Source: a bacterium
GTDB lineage: Bacteria; UBA8248
Direction: 5' to 3'
Length of the DNA stretch: 64,000 nucleotides
Assembly (NCBI GenBank): GCA_965202625.1
Contig: CBDBBI010000010.1
Location: 2,304,001 to 2,368,000 of the forward strand
Shown here: positions 10,429-20,542 of the stretch, piece by piece
How positions within the stretch are numbered: the first letter of the stretch is position 1
How the letters are laid out: every line of letters starts with the position of its first letter
The notes under the pieces: model-generated
The model's database searches: none
What the model saw: only the letters and a program-made list of their open reading frames with translations
What the model was told of the DNA's origin: nothing
Position numbers and translations under genes: made by a program

Positions 10429-11175
10429 ATGGATAAAAAATTCTACGCTCTCTCGTCCATCTCCTATCTGGGCTTGTTCATTTCAGTCGCTTGCGCACTC
10501 GCCGCCTTGGCGTCAGGTTTGGGCCATCGCTGGGGCTTGTGGCATTTCAGCGCGGGCTTTCAGATTTGGAAGGCCGCATCCATCATCTCGCTCATTTCTG
10601 TGGCCGTCTCAATGGCGGGGGGTTTGTTTGCCTTGCGAGACGCCGCCAGGGATAAGACGCTGGCCGCCGCCGTTGGCGTCGCAGTGGGCTTCACCGTAGC
10701 GGGTTTTCTGTATGCGCAGGTGCAAATCGCAAGGCGCGTCCCTCAAATTCACGACATCACGACAGACGTTCAAAACCCGCCTGCCTTTCAATCTCTCCTT
10801 CCCCTGAGAGAAGGGGCGAAAAATCCGCCTTTGTATGAGGGCATCCGCATCGCGCGACTCCAGAAAAAAGCATATCCGGATATCAGGCCGCTCATCTTTC
10901 CAGACTCTGAAAGAGAAGTTTTCGCGCGCGCCCTGGCGGCCGCACACGCCATGGGCTGGCAAGTGGCGGCGTCAAAACCGGAAGAAGGACGCATTGAGGC
11001 GTATGACGCTACTTTTTGGTATGGCTTCATTGACGACGTTGTCATCCGGCTCACGCCGCATAACGGGGGGACGCGCCTTGACGTCCGCTCGAAATCCCGC
11101 GTAGGCGTGGGCGACGTTGGGGCGAACGCCAGACGGATTCGCAATTTTTTTGAAAGAATCAAAACAGAACCATGA
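10429..11175 (+). CDS. DUF1499 membrane protein
   Basis: Three TM helices, IHDITTD, GFIDDVVIR, DVRSKSRVGVGDVGANARRI. Confidence 0.9.
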   Translation: MDKKFYALSSISYLGLFISVACALAALASGLGHRWGLWHFSAGFQIWKAASIISLISVAVSMAGGLFALRDAARDKTLAAAVGVAVGFTVAGFLYAQVQIARRVPQIHDITTDVQNPPAFQSLLPLREGAKNPPLYEGIRIARLQKKAYPDIRPLIFPDSEREVFARALAAAHAMGWQVAASKPEEGRIEAYDATFWYGFIDDVVIRLTPHNGGTRLDVRSKSRVGVGDVGANARRIRNFFERIKTEP

Positions 11176-11259
11176 ATTAGGTTGCACCCTGTAAGATCAC
11201 GCCTCAAAATCCTTGATGAGGGAGCACATGGCGCATTATCAAGTTCCGGGCAAACCCAC

Positions 11260-11484
11260 ATGACCAGGCTCGACGCAGAGGAGAAAGTCTCGGTCACCAC
11301 CGATTTTGCCGATGACCTGCACAGGGGCGGCTGCCTCAACGCGAAATTGCTCCTCAGCCCGCACCCTCACGCCAGGATCAAAAGAATCGCCGCCGCCGCT
11401 CCCGTTCTCCGTGAATCACTGGATGATTACCCATCGTTTCCAGGCATCCTTCGCGCAATTCGGGAAAAGGTTTCCTCTGCGTAA
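11260..11484 (+). pseudogene. Remnant of the N-terminus of a xanthine dehydrogenase-family molybdopterin subunit
   Basis: TRLDAEEKVS..FADDL...AKLLLSPHPHARIKRI resembles the R.D..eKvtG...y..Dl....SphaHArI pattern, then degenerates. Confidence 0.55.
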
Positions 11485-11490
11485 ATTTCT

Positions 11491-12804
11491 CTAGTTTTTC
11501 AACGCGAATTTTTCATCATAAATATCAAAGCCCGATGATGACGCCACCTCTCGCGCCTGCGTGATGAGCCTGCGCGATAATTTTGAGATCTGCGGATTTT
11601 GAAGAAACCGCGTGTAGAAATCGTAATAGAAGGCGTCCGGCCGCACGTGAACGCGCACCCGAAGCCTCACCGCCTTCTCAGGCCGCCCCCTCCTGTATCG
11701 AAACGTGATGGATTTTTGGGGAGGAATGCGCGTGTCATGGATTTCCCGACTGAAATCGGGCGAGAGTTTCCGCTCAATCACGTTCATTTGCCTGGAACCC
11801 GGAATCGCCCGTCCTCTCTCATTCTCCAGCTCGGAGATGACGTCCACCGAAGGCGTAATGTAGGTGGGGAAATAATGGCCGGCGCCTGAGTTCGTGAGCC
11901 GAATGCTGGCGGTGACGATATCCTGCGACGACTCCTCTCCGAGCACAACCTCTATCTGGACGGCGCCCTGGGTCATATCCTTGTCATGGATGCCGCGCCA
12001 CAGATGCGCGCGATTGGGCATATGACAACTCTGGCAGGCGACGCCTTCCTTGCCCCAAAGCGAGTCTTTCCACTCGTTGTAGGTGTTCTGAATCGCTTTC
12101 CCGTTTGGGCCGGAGAACGCATGTTGGTGGCAGTGCATGCAAAATTCAGCGCGCGCAAAAAAAGGCGTGCGCTCCACGCCGGCGTGCGCACCCGTTCTCG
12201 TCGTGTCGTCCACCCCCTCGGGCGTTTCCTTTTTGGGCGGACCGTGCACGCGCCAATCGCGCACGTGACATGCGGCACAGGCGAGTCCGCGCATCTCCAG
12301 TTTTTGATCGTGGACGGGGTTTTTCCGCCAGTTCGCAAAAGGGCCCGCACCCAGCCGCGCGCGCTTTTGCTGTTCCGCCAAAGGAGCGTGGCACTCGTTA
12401 CAGCCCCGCGCTCCTTCGGGATTCGTTTTCCACATATCAACGAGCTGTCCATAGACGCCCGGGCCCATCGCTTTGGCGTGAAGCGTCGTTTTCCATTGCT
12501 TGTATTGATCGGGATGACAACTCCCGCAACTCTCGGGCAAAAGAGAACGCTCTGTGCCTTTGTGCGAGGAAGGCGCCTCGCCCATGGGGGGCAAGGGATA
12601 GCGAAAATGCGCGTCCACGAAATCTCGCCAACGCTTCCATTTTCCGGAAACCGCTCTTTTCTCTTCCGCTGCGACGGCGGAGAACAGGAAGCCATCCGAC
12701 GTTTTAGGAAGGACGCCGGAGAAAGCGAGAAAAAACGCTCCAACGATGGAGAACATAAACGTAAGGTGCATTGCACCCTTCCCGCTCCAGCGGCTCATGG
12801 CCAT
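11491..12804 (-). CDS. Pentaheme c-type cytochrome (c554-like domain)
   Basis: Five CxxCH motifs (CGSCH, CNECH, CAACH, CMHCH, CQSCH); N-terminal signal/TM; GAGHYFPT. Confidence 0.9.
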   Translation of the reverse strand: MAMSRWSGKGAMHLTFMFSIVGAFFLAFSGVLPKTSDGFLFSAVAAEEKRAVSGKWKRWRDFVDAHFRYPLPPMGEAPSSHKGTERSLLPESCGSCHPDQYKQWKTTLHAKAMGPGVYGQLVDMWKTNPEGARGCNECHAPLAEQQKRARLGAGPFANWRKNPVHDQKLEMRGLACAACHVRDWRVHGPPKKETPEGVDDTTRTGAHAGVERTPFFARAEFCMHCHQHAFSGPNGKAIQNTYNEWKDSLWGKEGVACQSCHMPNRAHLWRGIHDKDMTQGAVQIEVVLGEESSQDIVTASIRLTNSGAGHYFPTYITPSVDVISELENERGRAIPGSRQMNVIERKLSPDFSREIHDTRIPPQKSITFRYRRGRPEKAVRLRVRVHVRPDAFYYDFYTRFLQNPQISKLSRRLITQAREVASSSGFDIYDEKFALKN

Positions 12805-13066
12805 CTCCCGTCTGCTTTTCTATAACAGCGTCCGCAAAAAGAAATTCCGCAAAGAAAAACAGATGCGATGGTAACGCTCCGCCGGGCCTGTTTCCAGCCC
12901 AGAATCAGGCCGCTGCTTTCTGGAGAGACGGATTTTCCGCCTAGGCACCAAGGGTTTCGCCCACCAGGAAACAGAAAAGGCGATGACCCGCGCGGTTTTT
13001 GCTTGCCCCATTGCATTCGATAGGGTTATCAAAGAAATGGAGACCGTCCCTTTTGCATTCGGAGCG

Positions 13067-13540
13067 ATGATGGGTTTCGCTATACGTCCGGCCGGCCCGC
13101 AAGACGTGGAGAGAATTGTAGAATTCAACGTCGCGATGGCCCTGGAAAGTGAGAATCTGCATCTTGTGCCCGAGACAGTTCGGAAGGGCGTAGAAAAATC
13201 GCTCTCCGACCCCTCCATGGGACGCTATTACCTCTCTCATCGCAGCGATGAGATATTGGGGCAAATTCGCGTGACCCTGGAGTGGAGCGACTGGCACAAC
13301 GCGCACTACTGGTGGATTCAGAACGTATACGTCGTTCCATCGGCGAGAAAACAGGGCGTCTACGCCGCCATGCACCGCTACGTCCAGAATCTCGCCGCCC
13401 AGGGGGGTGCGTGCGGTCTGCAACTATACGTGGACGCCCGAAATACGGACGCGCAATCTGCGTATAAAAGCCTGCACATGGCCCAAAGCCGCTATCTCAT
13501 TTTCGAGCAAACCGAGGATGAGACGAAAAGGGGAGCGTAG
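13067..13540 (+). CDS. GNAT family N-acetyltransferase
   Basis: EWSDW, WIQNVYV..ARKQGVY, LYVD.RN..AQ. Confidence 0.9.
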   Translation: MMGFAIRPAGPQDVERIVEFNVAMALESENLHLVPETVRKGVEKSLSDPSMGRYYLSHRSDEILGQIRVTLEWSDWHNAHYWWIQNVYVVPSARKQGVYAAMHRYVQNLAAQGGACGLQLYVDARNTDAQSAYKSLHMAQSRYLIFEQTEDETKRGA

Positions 13541-13650
13541 CCATGACGGCCGCCTCCACACGACGCGTGAGAGGCGCGCTTCGCAGAGGATTTCACCCGC
13601 CTCGCTCCCCATGAGAACGGGGCTTGCGCCTCTCGCGTCTTCAGAGAAAG

Positions 13651-14112
13651 TCAAAAACCCTCTCGATTTCTCTTGAGGGGGATGACGTCCGCATGTTTTT
13701 GCGCATCGTTCCGACCGCGTCCCCTCCAGAATAAAGGCCAGACGCCGCGCGCGCGCCACAGGGCTCTGGCCGCTCCTCCCGCCGCCCATGCGATGCGCGT
13801 TCTTCTCCCCAGCGAGCGAAACGCTTTTCTCCCGCTCTCCTCCCCCATGGAGACGAGGCGCGAAGTCGCTTCTTTCGCCGCGTCAATCGGTCGCAGGGCC
13901 TGTGCGATGGCCTGACGCAAAATCCACCTCATCATGAAGCCGAAAAACACCGAGAAAACAAAAAAGACGCCCAACACCTTGAGCCCCCGAAGGGGTTCGT
14001 CCACTATCATGACGCTCACCTGGGCGATGCCGTAAAACGCCAGGCCCACCATCGCCAGGCAAACGGCCACCGCACCGCCCGAGCGCATCATCACCCGCAG
14101 CAAACCAAACAT
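13651..14112 (-). CDS. Hypothetical membrane protein
   Basis: Two hydrophobic helices; GGAG upstream. Confidence 0.5.
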   Translation of the reverse strand: MFGLLRVMMRSGGAVAVCLAMVGLAFYGIAQVSVMIVDEPLRGLKVLGVFFVFSVFFGFMMRWILRQAIAQALRPIDAAKEATSRLVSMGEESGRKAFRSLGRRTRIAWAAGGAARALWRARGVWPLFWRGRGRNDAQKHADVIPLKRNREGF

Positions 14113-14315
14113 CCTCGTCTCCTTATGTCCGCGCCGACTCCGGAGAATATTTCTCGATTCGTTCAGAATACCCTACTTTTGAAGCCGAAATCCAGCGCGT
14201 GCTTTTCATGTTTTACAAGGCGTTCTCCTGCGTTGACGCGCGCCGCCCATCGTTTTATGTTCACTGGCCCATACGAAGGCAGGACGGCATTTTCATCACG
14301 GAGGCGCCAAAGAAA

Positions 14316-15602
14316 TTGCTCGACATTCGCCTGATCAGGAACGATCCCGAAGCGGTGGCGCGCGCCCTCGCCCGAAGGGGCGGCGATTGGGACGTCTCGG
14401 AAATACGGGAAATCGACGCCCGCCGGCGGGATTTGACCCATCAGGTAGAGAGCCGGGCGGCCGACGTGAGAAGGCGCGGCAAGAGAGTGGGAGAACTCAA
14501 GCGCAGCGCGGCGTCCGATGAGGAGGTGGAGGGGTTTTTGGCGGAGAGCCATCGACTGACGGCCGAGGCCAAATCCATGCAGGGAGCACTGGGGGAGCTT
14601 GAGCGAAAGCAAAACGATTTTCTGCTCGGCCTGCCCAACGTGCCGCACGAGAGCATTCCCGACGGGCGAAGCGCTGAGGACAACGCCCTTCTGAGGACAT
14701 GGGGCGAAAAGCCCGTTTTTGACTTCGCACCCAAAGCGCACGACACCCTGGGCGAGGCCCTCGGGGTTCTCGACATGAAGCGCGCCGCCAAGATAGCGGG
14801 GGCGCGCTTCGCGCTATACCGGGGGGCGGGCGCGCGCCTGGAGCGCGCCTTGATCAACTTCATGCTCGACCTGCATACGGCCGAGCACGGCTACACCGAG
14901 TGGCTTCCGCCGTTCATGGTGAACCCTGCGGCCATGACGGGCACCGGCCAGCTGCCGAAGTTCGAGGAGGACCTCTTTCGGGTGGACGGCGGACGATTCT
15001 ATCTGGTTCCGACCGCCGAGGTGCCCGTCACCAACATCCACCGAGAGGAAATTCTCGACGGACGGGATTTGCCGCTCAGATACACGGCCTACACCCCCTG
15101 CTTTCGGAGCGAGGCGGGTTCCTACGGCCAGGACACGCGCGGCCTCATTCGCCAGCATCAGTTCAACAAGGTCGAACTCGTCAGGTTCAGCCGGCCCGAG
15201 CGAAGTTATGAGGAGCTGGAGCTTCTGACGGCGGACGCCGAGGAGGTGCTGCGGCGTCTGGGGCTTCACTACCGGGTCGTCGCCCTGTGCGCGGGAGATT
15301 TGGGCTTCTCCGCCGCCAAGACGTATGACATCGAGGTATGGCTGCCCTCCCAGAACACGTATCGGGAGATTTCCTCTTGCAGCAACTTTGCGGATTTCCA
15401 GGCCAGACGCGCCCAGATTCGCTTTCGCCCGGCACCGGGAGCGAAACCGGAATTCGTCCACACTCTCAACGGCTCGGGCCTCGCCGTCGGACGGACTCTG
15501 GTGGCGATTCTGGAGAACTTCCAGGGCGCGGACGGAAGCGTGGAAATTCCAGAAATCCTGAGAGCCTACATGGGCGGACAAGAGCGCATCGAGACGCCTT
15601 GA
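14316..15602 (+). CDS. serS: Serine--tRNA ligase
   Basis: TTG start MLDIRLIR; [42 protein letters not shown]. Confidence 0.98.
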   Translation: MLDIRLIRNDPEAVARALARRGGDWDVSEIREIDARRRDLTHQVESRAADVRRRGKRVGELKRSAASDEEVEGFLAESHRLTAEAKSMQGALGELERKQNDFLLGLPNVPHESIPDGRSAEDNALLRTWGEKPVFDFAPKAHDTLGEALGVLDMKRAAKIAGARFALYRGAGARLERALINFMLDLHTAEHGYTEWLPPFMVNPAAMTGTGQLPKFEEDLFRVDGGRFYLVPTAEVPVTNIHREEILDGRDLPLRYTAYTPCFRSEAGSYGQDTRGLIRQHQFNKVELVRFSRPERSYEELELLTADAEEVLRRLGLHYRVVALCAGDLGFSAAKTYDIEVWLPSQNTYREISSCSNFADFQARRAQIRFRPAPGAKPEFVHTLNGSGLAVGRTLVAILENFQGADGSVEIPEILRAYMGGQERIETP

Positions 15603-15720
15603 GCGCCCATATTCCCGAAACCCCTTTCCGAAAATCCGCGCCTCGCAAAATTGCCCCCGTTCTTTGCGCTTGCCGGGTGCCGCGGACGTTTTCACGCATT
15701 CATTGGGGATGCGGTGCGAT

Positions 15721-15867
15721 TGCGGCCAAACGAAAATAATGGCGAACCCCTTGGAAAAATGGCTGTTTTTCAGGGCGGAAACGGCGCGGAAAAGGCCGTG
15801 CAAGGGGGTTGAAAAAGCCGTTCAAAAGGTCGTCGAGCGTGATGGCGGTGCGGGCGTCCTCGGCTCT
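15721..15867. repeat. Dispersed ~140-bp repeat, copy 1 (homologous to 38471-38607)
   Basis: Shared blocks such as GTGCAAGGG.GTTG.AAAAG.CGTTCAA and AGGTCGTCGA.CGTGA.GGCGGTGCG...GTCCTCGGCTCT. Confidence 0.8.
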
Positions 15868-15937
15868 CCTACGCCGCTTCCGCGTCGGCATGGGTATCCT
15901 CTGCTCTCTTCATTCGGGCGGGAGGCATAGCCTGGAA

Positions 15938-16088
15938 CACCCCCCATCACCGGTGCAAGCCGGCCGCATGGGCGCACCGCATCTCGTCTTACCAACCGCA
16001 GGCGAGCGTGCTAAAATATTCCTCGGCTTCGCCCCGCCATCGGGGCTTCCGGGAGGTGCGCGGAGGATGGCCGAGCGGCCGAAGGCGG
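15938..16088 (+). repeat. Degenerate duplicate of the tRNA-Ser(TGA) promoter and tRNA 5' end (partner 17950-18081)
   Basis: CACCGGTGCAAGC, CCGCATCTCGTCTTACCAACCGCAGGCGAG, CGTGCTA(A/G)AAT and GGAGG.ATGGCCGAGCGGCCGAAGGCGG occur at both sites. Confidence 0.85.
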
Positions 16089-16134
16089 GGGCTACTTTCG
16101 GTCGTGCCGCCATACCCATCATGGAAGCAGGGTT

Positions 16135-17456
16135 ATGAACATTCGGAAACTTATCATTGAAGACGTCCGCTGCTTCTCGGGCAGGCAGGAGTTCCGCATA
16201 CGCCCCGTCACCTTTCTGGTGGGCGAGAACAGCACGGGAAAATCCACCGCGCTCGGCTGTTTTCAGATACTGGCTGATTTTATGGAGGAGAGATATGCTT
16301 GGAGTTTGGACCCAGATTTCAATGCGGATCCTTACCAGATGGGCGCGTTCGCCGATATCGTGAGGAAAGCGAGGCCCGCCAAAGAGAGTTTTCAAATAGG
16401 CCTTGAATTTCAGGACGAAACAACCGACGATACCATTACGCACCTATTGACTCTGGGGGAAAAGGAAAGGGGTTCCGAGCCCGTCATTCGGGAGCAGAGA
16501 ATCGTTTTTCCTGAAGGCGAGATAAGCATGATCGCGCGGGAAAAGCAAAACGGCGCATCAAAGGAGAGCGTGAATTTTCCCCATCACCTGGAGGTGAAGG
16601 AGGTTGTTCGAGAAGGCGAGAAAAAGAAATTCGTCGTCAGCTTGCTTGGTCCAGGTAGCCCCGCCTTTAGAGCATTGTCCTTGGGGTTGGCGTGGTTGAG
16701 GGGAGAAAAAAATTTCTCACCTGAGCTCGAGGAATTGCGAAACTTTACAGAAAACTTACCTCCGTATCGCCCCTGGGCGGCCGGCGGAGTGTTCAGCTTC
16801 GCGCCCATTCGCTCCAGGCCGCAGCGGACATACGATCCTCTGAAAGAAAGAATGGAACCCGAGGGCGGCGACATGCCCATGTTCTTGAGCAACACGTTCA
16901 TATCGTACAAAAAAGCGTGGGAAAGCATCAGGCAGCGCCTGGTCGGGTTCGGCAAGGTTTCCGGGTTGTTCTCCGACATCAGCGTCCGAAAGCTCGGCGG
17001 CTCCAGAGGCGACCCGTTTCAACTGCGAATCAAGGTGAAAGGCCCCAGTGCCAACCTGGCAGACGTGGGCTACGGCGTCAGCCAGCTGCTTCCGATTCTG
17101 GTGCGCATTTTTAATACGGGTGTGCACGCGACTTTCTGATCCAGCAGCCGGAGGTGCATCTGCATCCGAAAGCACAGGCGGCACTATCCTCCCTGCTGAT
17201 CGAGATGGTGAAAGAAAGGAAGCAAGGCTTCGTCATCGAGACGCACAGCGACTATATGGTGGACAGGGCGCGCATCGAGATCATGAACAAGCGCATCGCC
17301 CCGGAAGACGTATCGCTCATCTATCTGGAGCCGGTCCGCAACAGCGTCAAGGTCCACAACATCGCATTCGACGATCAAGCGAATCTGATCGACGCCCCGA
17401 ACAGCTACCGACAATTCTTCCTCAAGGAATCCGACGAATTGCTCGGCATCTTTTGA
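16135..17456 (+). pseudogene. ABC-type (AAA_21/DUF3696-like) ATPase, frameshifted near 17135
   Basis: Walker A GENSTGKS, signature DVGYGVSQLLP; Walker B/H-loop LIQQPEVHLHP..IETHSD continue in another frame after ACTTTCTGATC. Confidence 0.8.
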
Positions 17457-17466
17457 GGGAGGAACC

Positions 17467-17883
17467 ATGTGTCTCATTCTGGATAAGAACATGTACGGCT
17501 CGTTTTTTGACCCGAAGAACGCCGACATGGAACCCGTGAGGAAGTGGATGAAGAAACAAAAAGGCAAAATTGTCTATTCACCGACGCGCAAGATGAAAAA
17601 AGAACTCTGGAATCACGGAAAAATGCGGATCATATTCGATAATTACAGACGAGCGGGAAAACTCAAACTCGTTGATAAAGCAGCCGTCGAAGCAGAAAAA
17701 AAGAATCTGCCGGAATTGAAATCGGACGATCCGGACATCATCGCTCTGGCGCGCGTCTCCAACGTCAAACTGCTGGTCTCGGCTGACAAGCCCCTGCACG
17801 CCGATTTCAAAGACATCATCCAGGGAAAGATATACCAAACCAGGCAGCATCGACGCTTGCTCAAACGGGATACTTGCCCCTGA
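17467..17883 (+). CDS. PIN-domain protein (putative ribonuclease toxin)
   Basis: CLILDKN start, SDDPDIIALA, LLVSADKPL acidic triad; GGAGG RBS. Confidence 0.75.
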   Translation: MCLILDKNMYGSFFDPKNADMEPVRKWMKKQKGKIVYSPTRKMKKELWNHGKMRIIFDNYRRAGKLKLVDKAAVEAEKKNLPELKSDDPDIIALARVSNVKLLVSADKPLHADFKDIIQGKIYQTRQHRRLLKRDTCP

Positions 17884-17986
17884 CGCCTTGGGCTGGTTCC
17901 ACCCTGCGGCTCCCTTTGCCCGCTCCTCTTCTTCATACGTCAACAGCGGCACCCCCCGGCACCGGTGCAAGCGGGCCGCATCTCGT

Positions 17987-18017
17987 CTTACCAACCGCAG
18001 GCGAGGCGTGCTAGAAT
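17987..18017 (+). promoter_or_regulatory. Probable sigma70 promoter of the tRNA-Ser pair
   Basis: TTACCA-18 nt-TAGAAT with extended -10 TG. Confidence 0.5.
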
Positions 18018-18053
18018 GGCGGCGGCGCGTTTTCCGCTCCAAAATGGAGGCGC

Positions 18054-18139
18054 GGAGGGATGGCCGAGCGGCCGAAGGCGGTGGTCTTGAAAACCACTGA
18101 GCGAAAGCTCCGGGGGTTCGAATCCCTCTCCCTCCGCCA
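18054..18139 (+). tRNA. tRNA-Ser (anticodon TGA)
   Basis: GGAGGGA/TCCCTCC acceptor stem, GTGGT-CTTGAAA-ACCAC anticodon arm, long variable arm, GTTCGAATC, CCA. Confidence 0.97.
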
Positions 18140-18280
18140 GAGGAGACGCCTTGATCGGCAGGGCGCCGGGGCGGGCGCGGCTGATTCTGAGAGAAAACGC
18201 CAGGAGGCGATGCGCGCGCTTCGGACGTTGATGGCGAGAACGGGCGGTGCGTCGTCCGATGGAAGAGGGTGCCGCATCAC

Positions 18281-18372
18281 GGAGAGATGGCCGAGTGGCT
18301 GAAGGCGCTCGCCTGCTAAGCGAGTAGGCTGGGAAACTGGCCTCGAGGGTTCGAATCCCTCTCTCTCCGCCA
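18281..18372 (+). tRNA. tRNA-Ser (anticodon GCT)
   Basis: GGAGAGA/TCTCTCC, CTCGC-CTGCTAA-GCGAG, long variable arm, GTTCGAATC, CCA. Confidence 0.97.
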
Positions 18373-18400
18373 CGTTGAAACCCCCGCATTCCCGACCCAT

Positions 18401-18916
18401 ATGAATGGAGAGGACGCCTTGCGAGCCGGAGCGAGCGAAGACAAAGGGCGACGCAACTTCTTTCGCCTGGAGGCGACCACCCGGCTTCCCATTCCGCTGG
18501 AGGACGCCTGGGCGTTTTTCGCGAATCCCCGAAACCTCGCGGAGATCACGCCGCCCGAACTCCACCTGGTGGTGGAGAACGAGCTGCCTTCCAGAATGCG
18601 CGCCGGAACCATCATCTGCTATCGCGTCAGGCCGCTCTGGCGGATTCCCATCCATTGGGTGACCGAGATAACGCACGTGGAGGAGGGCCGCTTCTTCGTG
18701 GACGAGCAGCGCTTCGGCCCCTACCGCTTCTGGCACCACCAGCACCATTTTCGCGCGATCGACGGAGGCGTGGAGATGCGCGACGTCGTCCACTATATGC
18801 TGCCGCTGGGGCCGCTCTCCTTTCTCGTTGATCGCTTTATCGTCCGCCTGCAGCTGCGGCGCATTTTCTCCTATCGAGAAGAGGCGCTCGTCCAGCGTTT
18901 CGGTCGGATTCCCTGA
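18401..18916 (+). CDS. SRPBCC family protein
   Basis: FFANPRNLAEITPP, FVDEQRFGPYRFWHHQHHF. Confidence 0.9.
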   Translation: MNGEDALRAGASEDKGRRNFFRLEATTRLPIPLEDAWAFFANPRNLAEITPPELHLVVENELPSRMRAGTIICYRVRPLWRIPIHWVTEITHVEEGRFFVDEQRFGPYRFWHHQHHFRAIDGGVEMRDVVHYMLPLGPLSFLVDRFIVRLQLRRIFSYREEALVQRFGRIP

Positions 18917-18977
18917 TCGCCCCGGCGCGCCAGGGAGGCGGAACGTCCCCGCCCGCGCCGCCACATGGAGATGCGCG

Positions 18978-19808
18978 ATGCAAATCATTCTCGCACTGGC
19001 CTTCCTGCTCCTCACCGCCTTGCCCTCTCCCGCACAGGAGATAGCGAAAGAGAAGCCGTCCAACCCGATTCTTTTGATGAAGACGAATTTCGGAGACGTA
19101 TTCCTTGAGATGTTTCCCGAGGAAGCCCCCAGGACGGTGGAGAACTTCATCGGACTCGCCACGGGGAGGCGCGCGTTCACCGACCACAAGACGAGTGCGG
19201 AGGTAAAGCGTCCGTTCTATGACGGGCTGACGTTTCACCGCGTCATCAAGCAATTCATGATTCAGGGGGGCGACCCCAAGGGCGACGGGACGGGCGGCCC
19301 CGGCTATCGCTTCGAGGATGAGATCAACGCGGACGCCCTGGGTCTCCACAAAATGAAGGCCATGAAGGACGGTCGCGCCCACTCCTTCCTGCCCATCAGA
19401 ACGCAGAGCGACTTTCAGCGCACCCTGCTGCACCCCCTGTTCCGACAGATGGGGTTGCGCTCCCAGGCCGACCTCGATAAGCGGAAGGCAGAGGTACAAG
19501 AGCGTCTTGCGAATCTCACGCTCAAGGACGCCTACAAGAACATGGGCTATCGCTACAGCGAAGCCCTGCGCTCGCGCCTCCCTCAAAAGGGCGCGCTGGC
19601 GATGGCGAACTCGGGGCCCGACACGAACGGCTCGCAGTTTTTCATCAACCTGGCGGACACCCCCTGGCTCGCCGGCAAGCACACGGTGTTCGGAAAGGTG
19701 GCGCGCGGAATGGACGTGGTGGAGAAGATCGGCGAGACGCCCGTGGGGGCGGGAAGCGCACCGCTTGCGAAGGTGCGGATACTCTCGATTCGGACGCATC
19801 CGCAATAA
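18978..19808 (+). CDS. Cyclophilin-type peptidyl-prolyl isomerase, exported, with internal insertion
   Basis: FHRVIKQFMIQGGDP, LAMANSGPDTNGSQFFI, HTVFGKV. Confidence 0.95.
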   Translation: MQIILALAFLLLTALPSPAQEIAKEKPSNPILLMKTNFGDVFLEMFPEEAPRTVENFIGLATGRRAFTDHKTSAEVKRPFYDGLTFHRVIKQFMIQGGDPKGDGTGGPGYRFEDEINADALGLHKMKAMKDGRAHSFLPIRTQSDFQRTLLHPLFRQMGLRSQADLDKRKAEVQERLANLTLKDAYKNMGYRYSEALRSRLPQKGALAMANSGPDTNGSQFFINLADTPWLAGKHTVFGKVARGMDVVEKIGETPVGAGSAPLAKVRILSIRTHPQ

Positions 19809-19824
19809 CGGGCGCGGCGGCTCG

Positions 19825-20433
19825 CTACATCTCGCGCCGTCCCTCCAGGGAGCGGGTGAGCGTCATCTCGTCCGCGTATTCGAGATGGCTTCCCATCGGC
19901 AGCCCGCGCGAGAGCTGGGTGACGCGCACGCCGAGCGGCTTGAGTATCCGTGCCAGATACAGAGAGGTTCCCTCGCCCGCCATGTTGGGGTTGAGGGCGA
20001 GGATCACCTCCCGCACCTCTCCGCGCTTCACGCGCTCGACCAGCCGGGCGATGGTGAGATTCTCGGGCTCCACGCCGTCCAGAGGGGAGATGACGCCCAT
20101 CAGCACGTGATAGCGGCCCTTCACTCCGCCCGCCCGCTCCATGGCGAACACGTCGGCGGGCTCCTCCACCACGCAAATGACGCTGGGTTCCGCCGCCCGG
20201 CAGACGGCACAATCCTCCCCGCCCGCCTCGCCCTCCACGAGCATCGAACAGGTGGAGCACAGACCCACCTTCTCGTGAAGGCACCCGCACGCGGCGGCAA
20301 TTCTGCCGGCGGCTTCCGGGTCCTTGCCCAGCAGATGAAAGACGATTCTCTGCGCACTCTTCGGCCCGATTCCGGGAAGGCGGCGAAACGCCTCGACGCA
20401 TTCCTCTATGGCGGGAAACTGGCTCAGTCGCAT
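19825..20433 (-). CDS. recR: Recombination mediator RecR
   Basis: LPGIGPKSAQR, C4 Zn finger, TOPRIM, LEYADEMTL. Confidence 0.97.
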   Translation of the reverse strand: MRLSQFPAIEECVEAFRRLPGIGPKSAQRIVFHLLGKDPEAAGRIAAACGCLHEKVGLCSTCSMLVEGEAGGEDCAVCRAAEPSVICVVEEPADVFAMERAGGVKGRYHVLMGVISPLDGVEPENLTIARLVERVKRGEVREVILALNPNMAGEGTSLYLARILKPLGVRVTQLSRGLPMGSHLEYADEMTLTRSLEGRREM

Positions 20434-20542
20434 GGGGGGTTCTCGCTCAGGTTATCGGAGGCGGCGACCGCAAAGCACGTGGGAACGAAATGCCGATGCA
20501 ATATCGCCCGGCTCTTGCCGGAGGCACGCGCCCGGCCTCGCT

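Noticed and set aside
16062-16110. Third tRNA-Ser gene
   Set aside because: Only the 5' ~27 nt match; there is no anticodon arm, T arm or CCA
17137-17139. TGA in the ATPase as a fourth Sec codon
   Set aside because: The conserved continuation is in a different frame, and no Cys is expected there
18054-18139. tRNA with TGA in its anticodon loop as tRNA-Sec
   Set aside because: Anticodon TGA reads UCA (Ser); tRNA-Sec needs TCA and an 8-bp acceptor stem. No sel genes are visible in this window
17988-18389. Minus-strand ORFs with EREGFEP/GFEPPT peptides (also 60320-60601)
   Set aside because: Translations of tRNA antisense strands
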